A DNA stretch of 64,000 bases from Cyanophora paradoxa CCMP329 (Eukaryota; Plantae; Glaucophyta): assembly GCA_004431415.1 (NCBI GenBank), contig QPMI01000436.1:496001-560000 (forward strand), written 5' to 3'. The position numbers and the translations under genes are program-made. Below are positions 46,778-56,358 of this stretch, piece after piece. The stretch's first letter is position 1; each line of letters starts with the position of its first letter. The notes under the pieces are model-generated. The model ran no database searches. It was not told the origin of the DNA and saw nothing but the letters and a program-made list of their open reading frames with translations.

Positions 46778-48381
46778 TCAGCGGGGCAGCCAGGCGACGA
46801 GGCAGGGCGAGTCCGGCACGCGCGCCGTCTGCGCGAAGACGCCGAGCGGGTCGTCCCCGGCCCCCGGCGCGTGCGTCCGCACCGCCGCCCCGCCCGCCCG
46901 CAGCAGCGACGCCAGGCCCCGCCACGAGGCCGCGGGGGGTACAGCCCGCGCCCCGGGGGGTACGGCCCGCTCGGTGGCGGCGACGACGTGGAGGCCCGGG
47001 GGAAGGGAGCGGGGGGTACGCCGGAAGTCCTCGGGCACGAGGCGCACGTTGGGGGGGCGCTCCTCCCCGTACGGGAAAAGCACGCCCTGCGGGGGGGAGG
47101 GGGAGGGGGGGAGGGAGGAGGGGGTACGCCGTCAGCCGAGAACCGTTGGGGGGGGGGGATTGAAGGCGCGCCTCGGGGAGGGGGTACTGGACGCGAGCTC
47201 GAAATCGCGGAGCTGTAGGCCCTCGGGGGCGCGCCCCGGCTCGAGCTCGAGCGCGGCCAGCTCCTCGGGACCCGGTGGGGCCGCCCCGGCCCCTGCCGCC
47301 GTCAGCAGCAGCGCGTGCGTTCGCGAAGAGAAGATTCCCGTCCGCTCGGTCTGGAGGAGGAGGGGGGGGGGGGGGGGGGGGGGGCGGAGCTCAGGGGGGT
47401 ACGGGAAGGGAGGAGGGATGGAGAGGGTCCGGCACCTTCTTGTAGACGTGGAGGGCGGCGGGGCGTACAGGGGATCGACGGCGTAGAAGGCGGAGGAGGG
47501 GTACGCGCGGGCGGCGGGGAGGAGCCAGCGGCCGAGCTCGAGGCCGGGGTGCAGGTCGGCGCAGGCGAGGGGCTCGGGCCCCGCCTGGCGCAGGACCTGG
47601 CTGAGCAGGAACGAGGTGAAGGGCCCGCCGCCGCGCCCGCCGCCGGAGCGGACGGTGCGGGCCCGCCGCAGGAACGCGTCGCGAGCCTCCTCCGGCTCGC
47701 AGTCGAGCACGAGCAGCGCCGCCGGCGGCTGCTCCGCCCCGCCCCACTCGGCCGGGAGGTCGCCTTCCCCCTCCACCAGCGCCGCCCGCTCCGCGACGGG
47801 CACCCGCCGCGCCGGCGCCGGGCCCCGCGCGTAGGCCGCGGCCGGCGCGGCCGGCTCGTACCCGCCGGCGCCGACGTGCGCCCCGCCGTACGGCTGCCCG
47901 ACGTAGCCGTAGCCCTGCTGCTCTTGCGCCGCCATCATGTCCGCCTCCAGCTCTGCGGCCGCCGCGCCCGGCCCGTCGTTGGCGGCGGGCGCGGAGCGCG
48001 GAGCGGAGCTCGAGCGGGGCGGCGGCCGCACCGGCGGCCGCGACCTCGAGCGCCTGCAGGCGCGCCGCGTACTCCTCATCGGCTGTGAACGCTCAGCGGC
48101 GCGACGCGAGGCCGCAGGGTCGCCGGGCCGCCGGGGCGTGCTCACACTCGTGTGGAAGCTTCTCCGAACTTCCAGCGGGCGGGCGCGGCGGCCCGCGGAC
48201 GGCGGCGAACTCCTGGAAAGCCGCCGCGCTCTCCTCGGCCTGGAGGCTCCTCGCTAGCTCCTGCGTTCGCGTTCAGCCGGCTGCGTCGGACCTCGAGAAT
48301 TGATCGCGCCTCGTCCTGGAGCTGCTGCGCGAGCTTCGAGTCCTCGTCCGCTTCCGAGGGCTTGCTGACCGCGTCCCCCAT
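46778..48381 (-). CDS. Protein with an MG start, a MIU/UIM-like motif and a class I SAM-methyltransferase-like fold
   Basis: MGDAVS...DSKLAQQLQDE. The segments LACADLHPGLELGRWLLPAARAYPSSAFYAVD, PPNVRLVPEDF and WRGLASLLRAGG resemble degenerate MTase motifs. Confidence 0.5.
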
Positions 48382-48725
48382 CGCTCGCCGCGCCGCGAAG
48401 CTTGAAGGTCGCAAACGCGTGGAGGGGGGGAGAAGCGTGTGCCAGGGGGGTACAAATCAAGGGGAACCAGGGGCTTTTATACGAAGTGGCCGAGCTAGAT
48501 GCGCGGGAGAAGTTAGGGGCCGAACTTTTGTCAAGCGCCGCCCATCCGCCGCCGCCGAGAGCAGCGGGCAGCAGGGCCACCGTGCGACGTGCGGGAGGCC
48601 TCGGCAACGCTCGGGGAGGCCCGCTCGGAAGGCCCGTGAGCGACCGACGTTGATCAGCGTTCCGGCGTCGGCGCAGCGTCGGCGCATCAGTTGAGCTCAG
48701 TAACAGCTCATTCATCGTAGACACA

Positions 48726-49678
48726 ATGCAGAATGACAGCAGGCGTGTTCGGGCGGGCCCTGGTGGGCTCAGCCGCCAGCTCCTCTCCTTCGGCAGCTCC
48801 TCTCTCCCGGAGAACTACGCAATCTCAACGTCAACAACGACAACTTCGAGTGGTCAGACTACATACACGTCGGGAAGGTGCGCCCGGGCCCCGGGGCGAA
48901 CTCGCAAGCTCCGCCGGCCGAACGTCCGACCGAGGAATCTTCTCGCAGGACTTCGAAGGGAGCTCAGAACACGTCCAATGAGCGGGGAGATGTTCTAGGC
49001 GCACTCCTTACGGCGCCGATCTCCACGATTGAGCTTCGGGACCACGCCGGTGCGTCCTCCTAGCTTGCAACGGCCGGCCCGGCTCCATCCCCGCTATTCG
49101 CTCTCTAAATGGCATCCTCCGTGGCCTCAGACCTCGTGGAGCTGGAATTCGATCTCGTCTTCCGCAATGGCGGTCCGCCGGGCTCCAGCGCTCGACCGCC
49201 GCGCCGCATCGCTGACGCCCGCCTCCCCGCAGACGGCGGCCGCAGCGTCGGCAGCAGCCTGGGCAGGATGTCGCGTGGCGGGTCTGCGGGGAGCCTGACT
49301 TCGCTCCGGGGGGCGCGGCCGGCGAGCCCCGCGTGCACCGAAGGCTCCGACCACGAAGGCGAGGCCCCGACCCTGGGCCACTCCCGCTCCGGATTCCGTG
49401 CCGTCTCGCGCCCCATTCCGATCCCTGCAAGCGTGAGCGCTGCCCGCCGCGGCCCTTCGGCGCTCGCGAGTGTTCCCTGCCTGACATTTGATCGCAGGCC
49501 AAGAACCGCCGCTGGCGCGTGTATTCCTGGGACGGCACCGGCGCATCCTCAGCCGAATGAAGAAGCCGACAGCCCTAGCGCCGCTCCTTCCGCCCAGCGG
49601 ATCGGAATTTTGCACCCTCCAGAGCGCGCACCAATTTTGACCTTCGCACCGAGTTCGTCGGTGCTTCATGCCGCTTGA
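48726..49678 (+). CDS. Hypothetical Ser/Thr-rich protein
   Basis: ATG at 48726, intron 48878-48948 (GTGCGC...CGCAG) and terminal ORF 49109-49678. No domain recognised. Confidence 0.35.
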
Positions 49679-50454
49679 ATTCCATTCTTTTCAAGCTCCA
49701 ATTTTGGCCCTTCTCGATCGTGTATCTTTAACGCATAATCCACATCCCTGTATCCGTATTGGTATTGAATTCGCTCGCAGTCCGATTGAGTTTGTTGAGT
49801 TTTTGGCAGTGTGGCAGTTTGACAGTGTAGAGCCGTTCCGACCCGATAAACAGCGGCCCCTGGCCCCCCATTTTTCCCTTGCCGCGTGCGGCTTCAATTT
49901 TACCCTCGTAGCTCAGTCGTATAGTGTATACAGGTTCTTCTTGCGACTCTTCAGACGCAGGCGCCGCGGCGCCCAGTGCCTTCGAGGCTTCGACCAGCTA
50001 GCTGTAAAGAACTCGTTTTCAGATTCTCTAAGTAGTAGTTCGCCAGAGTATTCTTCCGCCGTTTCCATTCATCGTGATCATGCGAGTCATTGTCACTGTT
50101 GCGAGTCGCCGTTTAGTCTTGAGCGGTAGAGAACGTACGTGTAAGCGACTGTAGATAACCCCGCCCTTGGATCGTGTCCTTGAACATCGAACGCGCGCGC
50201 AAGTCATGATTACTGAGTGTCGATCACCGAGTCAGTGTTTCCTTGCCCCGGGCCCGCGCGCCCCTCGTCACACGGCGTGCACGCGACACCCCATACTCCC
50301 GAACTTGATCAGTGCGAGGAGTGCACGTGCGGGCCCGCGTGCATGCGCAAGGCTGGCCATGGCCGTGGCATGGGGTTCGGGTTTCGAATTCACTTCGAAT
50401 TCACGATCCCACGCCTCGAGCTAGCTGGCCAAGGCCTTGCCCCCCGCCTCGTGC

Positions 50455-52011
50455 CTAGAAGTTCGTCAGCACCTTCTCCGCTGGCACGCCCCACTCGGCC
50501 GCCAGCTCCTTGACCGCCTCCGACATGCCCTTGACGCCGCACATGACGATGACCGCGCTCGACGCGTCCTTCACGCCGTCCTTCTTCATCGCCTCCTGCA
50601 CGTACCCTGCTCGCTCGCCCGGGGTTCGTCAAAAAGAAGAAGAAGAAGATTGGAGCGGGGGTGGGGGGTACAGGCCCACCGGTTGCGCCGGACCAGCCGG
50701 TGCCGTCGGGGCGGCTGACGACGGGCGTGACCTTCACGCCGATGTCCTCCCACGCCGCGAATCGGTCCTTGTACGCCATGCGAGCCGGCGTCTGCACGCC
50801 GTAGTACAGCCGAACGTCCTTGCGGAAGGGAATCTCGAAGCCGCCGGGCACGTCCAGGACATCGGGCGCGTCCTGTACCCCCGGTCGGCTCGGGGGGGGG
50901 GGGGGGGGGGGGGGTTAGGGGGTAGGGGCACGCACGGCCTCGATGCAGGAGCGGATGGGCGCGATGCCCGAGCCCGTCGCGACGAAGATGACTGCGGGGG
51001 GTACAGGGTCCGCGTGAGCGGCGCAGAGGGAGGGGTACAGGCAAGCGGCCGGGGCCCGGGGCGCACTGGTTTCGCAGGTGTTGACGGGGAGGGTGGCCGT
51101 GATGTCGTAGCCCTTGCCAAGGAACTGCGAGACCGAGACCTCCGCGCCTGCGCAGCGCGAGGTGCAGGGCGGTCAGGGGTACGTTGCCGGAGCTGCTCGG
51201 CCGCTAGCGGCCGCGGGCACCGGGCTTGAGGTCGCAGAGCTCGCCGGCGGCGCCGTCCGCGCGCTTGATCAGGAACTCGAGCGGGAAGGTGACCGACTGG
51301 TCGTCGTTCGCCTCGAGCTCCGACCTGCGCGCGCATCCGGGGAGCCCGGTTCGAGCGCGAGCCGCGGCGCGCCCCGGAAAGCTCAAGCGCACATGAAGAA
51401 CGGCGGGCTGGCGATGGCGAAGAAGCCAGGCTTTCCGTCCGCGCTCGTCTTGATCTGCACGTACTGGCCCGGAAGCCGGAAGGTCCTGTGCGCGTTCAGG
51501 AGCGACTAGCGCGAAGGCGGGCGCGGGTGCTCACCCGTGCGCTTCCTGGGCGGCCGCCGGCACGGTTACTTCGACTGTGATCGCATGGTGGTCCTCCGCC
51601 GCGACCTGCGGCGCCGCGACGACTTACTCGCTCAGCTATAATTTGATCCGAGCGGGCCCTTCAGTGCGCGCGGGCCGCCGCGTGCCGAAGCACACGGAGA
51701 GCGATTCGGCCGCTCACCTCGTTCTTCGTGACTTTCGCGGTCTGCCAGACGGGCTCCGGGCCCCAGCCAGCGGAGATACGGAAGGCGGCGAAGTCCGCAA
51801 CCGCGATGGACGCGAACTTCGGCGAGATGCGACGGCCGCAGAACCGCGAGCTCGTCGAGAACTGGACCCGCTCGACCTTCCGGAAGCTGCTGGCACGGAC
51901 CGCCGCCGCGCGCGGTGCTGGCGCTGATGCCGAGCTGGACGAGCTGGCGGTCGACGGAGCGACGCGAACGGCGCCCGCGACGCTGGGAACGCTGGCTACG
52001 AACGCCGGCAT
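50455..52011 (-). CDS. Plastid-targeted ferredoxin-NADP-reductase-like FAD/NAD(P)H oxidoreductase (FNR-like / pKIWI502 family)
   Basis: Transit peptide MPAFVASVPSVAG.... Mature motifs: PGQYVQIK...KPGFFAIASPP, LEFLIK, GKGY, IFVATGSGIAPIRS, VRLYYG, GYVQ, VIMCGVKGM...VLTNF*. Confidence 0.9.
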
Positions 52012-52049
52012 CTTCTTTGTTTTTCTCGAACTGGGTACACAGAACAAGG

Positions 52050-55000
52050 ATGGCCTCGGCGGACCCGCCGCGGGGCCTGGGCATCCTCATCCTGATCTTC
52101 CGGTTGTGCGTGTTCGTTTTCTACCACAGCGTCTCAATCGTGGGCCAGTCCCTCGTCCCGAAGGTCCGACGATCTTTGCCGTCGAAACCGAGCCTCCCGG
52201 CTCACCGCCGCCGCAGAAAGGGGCCGTGATCGTTACCGCGAACCATGGCAACTCGCTTATGGACGCCCAGATGGTCCTCACCTCGTGCCCCAGGAGGGTG
52301 CGCATGCGGCTCTCTAGATGGCGATCCGATGCGCCGGTTCAGGACCGGCGGTCTCACGGCCGGAGCAGGTCCGTCTGACCGCAAAGGATACGCTCTGGAA
52401 GAGCACCTGGTGGCGGTGAGCGCGATTCCCGGCCGATCGTCCACGCGCGCGCGCTCAGCCGCGCGCGCAACGCAGCTTCTGGCTGTCGAACACCGGCACC
52501 ATCCCGATCAAGCGCGCTATGGACCACGCCGGCGAGAAAGTCGTGCGTGCTGTCGCCTTTCCTTTCCTCTGGCCAGGGCTCCTCGAACGCCTCGCGCAGG
52601 ACAACACGTCCAGCTTTGACGCGCTCTACAAGGTGCTCGACAACGGGGGGTGCATAGGCCTCTTCCCCGAGGGAATCTCGCGCTACCGCCCGTGCGCTCG
52701 CTCGCCCCCGCCCCCGCCCCGCCGCGCGCTCGGCGACCCCCGCGCGCCTCGCTCGCTTAGCTAAGCCGCCGCGCCGGAAGGTGGCTCTCCCCTCTCAAGC
52801 CCGGCGTGGCACGCATCGGTGCGGGGCGCAACCGGCTCGCGCTCGCGCTCCCGCTCCTCTCTTGCCGCTAAGGCGCCCCGCGCGCAGCCCTCGAGTCGGT
52901 CGCGCGGAACAAGGATCCCGATTTCAGGTGCGGCCGCCCCTCCGCCCCGCGCCGCGCTACGCCTTAGTGGGCCCAGGCTCTTAGCATAGCTTTAAGCTCG
53001 AGGTCTAGGTTCTAAGACGGTCAAGGCTTTTCAGCTTCAGTATTCTAGCTTCCTCCAACGTTCTGAGTCGCCCCCCGCCCCCGCAGCTGCGCGATCCAGC
53101 CGTGCGGCCTTAGCTCTGAGACGCCCTAAGTAGCCTAAACTCTTAGCGCCTCTTTAAGCTTCTTGAAGTAAATTATTCGAATTCTGAGGCCGACTAGGCT
53201 TTTCAGCTTTAGCATTCTAGGTTCTGAGACGCCCCCCGCCCCCGCCCCCGCAGCTGCGCGATCCAGCCGTGCGGCCTTAGCTCTGAGACGCCCTAAGTAG
53301 CCTAAGCTCTTAGCGCCGCTTTAAGCTTCTTGAAGTAAATTATTCGAATTCTGAGGCCGTCTAGGCTTTTCAGCTTTAGCATTCTAGGTTCTGAGACGCC
53401 CCCCGCCCCCGCCCCCGCCCCCGCAGCTGCGCGATCCAGCCGTGCGGGCTCACGTACATGCACCGCGACAAATTCCGCTCTGACGTCGTCTGCCGCTTCG
53501 GCGAGGCGCGCGCGATCCCGTACCCCCCACTTCCCCCCCCCCGGCCTCACCGGTAACCCCCCCCCCGCAGCCCATCGTCGTCGACCGGAAGACCTACCCC
53601 AAGGTGCCCTACCCCACCCCCGCCGCCCCTCCTCCTCCCTCCCTCCGCCCCGCTCTAAGCCTCCCTCCCTCCCTCCCCCCCCCCCCCCCCCCCCCCCTTC
53701 CCCCACCGCGCAGCTGGACCTAGCCGTGCCTAGCCACCTAGCCACCCAGCCGCCTAGCTCAGTGCTGTAGTTGTAGTGCCAGATCCCGATCCCAGTGCCG
53801 CCGCCTAGAAGCCGTCTAGAAGCCGCCTAGAAGCCGCCGGAGGGTGAAGGGGGCGCTGTTCTCTTCCCGGGGACCTCACCTGACCTGACCTCATCGCCTC
53901 TGGCAGCGCATCGACCGCCTGGGGGTCACCCAGGAGCTCGTCCGCCGCCGGGTGCGCTCAGATCAGATCAGATCAGATCAGATGGAATCTGATCTGATGG
54001 AATCTGATCTGATCTGATCTGAATTGATCCTGCAGCCGTCGGTGATCGCGTGCGCGTGGCGCGTGCTGCTGCGCGCCCTCTCCGCCGCCTTCCTGCTCTC
54101 CCTGGCCCTCCCGGGTACGACAAAAATCCCGGCGTAACCTATATTTAGCTCACCTGGCTCCCGCGCTCGCCCCCCGCAGGCATCGTCATCCTCTCGCCGC
54201 TCTTCGTCGCGAGCCGCTACGTAGAGGGGTACTGCATGCGCCGCGCCGGCGGCGCCGAGATGAACCAGGACGAGGCGCGCCGTACCCCCCCCCTCTACCC
54301 CCCTCTACTTAGCCCTCCGGTCAGGTCGCCCAGTTCAAGATCTCGGCGGCGGTCGTCATCCTCCCCACGCTCCTCTCGCTCTCAACTACTGCCTCCTGGG
54401 CCTTCCTCGGGGCTCGGGCGACCGCCGCCCTCGCGGCCGGCCTCCCGCTCCTCCTCTGGCTCACCCTACGCTGGCTCGAGGTGCGTACCCCCCCTTAAAG
54501 ATCCGGATCGGATCCGGATCCGGATCCGGATCCCTGGCCATGGGCCGCGCGCGCCCGCCCCCCTTCCTTCCTCTTCCTCCTCTCCCTCCCCTGCCCCTTC
54601 TGAAAGCGGTACCCCCCCTTCCTCCCTCCCCCCTCCCCCAGGACGGGACGCACTCGGCGCGGACGATGCTCCTCTACTGGCGCTGGATGACCCTGGCCCC
54701 CTCCGTGAAGCGCGAGGTCCGATCTCCGCACACATATATGAAGCAGCTCGAAGATCTAGAGCTCGCGGACGTGTAACCTTTTAATTTAGCACAACTTCGT
54801 CCCATAGAGCGGCACGGGTTCCGATAGGAATAACAGCGGCCACGTAGCAACTAGGATCTGATGAAAGGTCCGAATGATTTATAGATGCGAGCGGAGGAGA
54901 GGGGCTCTAGTAAGACCTAAGGAGGGCTCTTTTGCATAGCCATAAGCTTTGCTTGAGAAGCTTCACTTAGTATATATATATATACGTTGATGTGCCTCCG

Positions 55001-55500
55001 GCGCGCGCGCGCGCAGGTGCGGTCGGAGTGCGCGCCATAAGCTTCACTCAATATTTACATTAATACGCCTCCTTATAACCATACGCTTAAGCTGAAGCTT
55101 AAGAAGAAGTCTCGCTTGACGTTTATTTACATTAATGCGCGCAGGTGCGGGCAGAGTGTGCGGCCGTCGAGGGCCTGGTGGCCCGCGTCGCGGAGGAGTT
55201 CGGCGTGCCCGACTACAAGGACGCCCGCCCCGCCTCCGTCATCGACTACTTCAAGTGAGTGATTATTTATATAAGACGCATGCCTCGATGTAAAGGACGC
55301 TCCTCAAGACGGATATAAGATGCTTTCTTTATTTCATCTCCTCCTCCTCCTTCATCTTCTCCTGACCTGCCCTTCTTTTCCCCCCTCCTCGCGGCAGCCC
55401 CGTGCGGCGGCGCAAGAAGTCTGTGTCCGAGCTTCTGAAGCTGCGGCCGGCGCTCAACGAGATGTACAACGAGGACCAGTGCCCCCGCAAGGACGAGTAG
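52050..55500 (+). CDS. Glycerol-3-phosphate/DHAP O-acyltransferase (Sct1/Gpt2-like, PlsC superfamily)
   Basis: GAVIVTANHGNSLMD (HxxxxD), LTAKDTLW, GTIPIKR, IGLFPEGIS, LSPLKPGVARI, PCGLTYMHRDKFRSDV..FGE|PI, followed by C-terminal TM helices. Confidence 0.88.
53030..53450 (+). repeat. Three imperfect ~170-bp tandem copies spanning a 3' splice site and exon start
   Basis: ggcttttcagctt...ttctgag.cgccccccgcccccgcag|ctgcgcgatccagccgtgcgg occurs three times; only the last continues in the coding frame. Confidence 0.92.
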
Positions 55501-56358
55501 GGAGGCCTAGGGCGAGTAGTAGCTAGCTAGGTATAGCTTGCGGAAGCCTCGGCGCCTCCCGCATATTACAAACGGTTGCTGTCTAGCTTGACCTTCGGTC
55601 TAGGTCTACATTTCAAGCTTCTCCATCAGGGGCCTCTTCAGCTTTCCTACGCCACAATTTCCCACGGTTCCTCCGCCTTTCTCTGTAGGTGCCACGGGGC
55701 TGGCCCGCGATTTTGAGCGATATTCCAGCGGGCCCGTTCTGTGAACGTGTCGCAGTGTTCTAGCCTATTAGGCTGTACTACATATATTACGCGTGCGGTG
55801 TTACGTCACGGCGTAGCTCCGGATCCATTTACGTACATGTGCGCGCCGCGCACGCACACTAGCACGCACATCGATCAGTGTACACCTGTGATCGCTGTGA
55901 TCATCATGGCATGTTCATGATCATGATAATGACGTCGACTCAGTGAGTTGCATGAGGCCTAGGGCCGGGCGGCTTTCACTGCATATATGTGCATACATAC
56001 TATGATATGATTGAACGTGCACATGATATTAGTATCGATGGTTAACTGTTATCGGGCTGAAGCGCTAGCCTTAAGGGCGGCAAGAAGGTGCGAGGTCCCT
56101 CCCCCCGGGGGGTCCCGTGCTCGCTGTGATTTGAAAGTGCTCGGGTGGGCATTTCATCAAATCGAGGAAAGGAATTCGAAGCGCGTCTCTACAAGGCTAC
56201 AGTGCGGTTCTACGGTAGTCTACAGGGCAGAGGCCCCGCCGTCCCGCGCCCTCGAGCTTGAAAGGGGCAAAACGGTCGCTCGGACGGGCCGGCGGGGCCT
56301 CGCGAGAGGGTACAGCTATTCACAGGGGGTAGAGGCGAGCTCAGGGCCCAGCCGGGGG

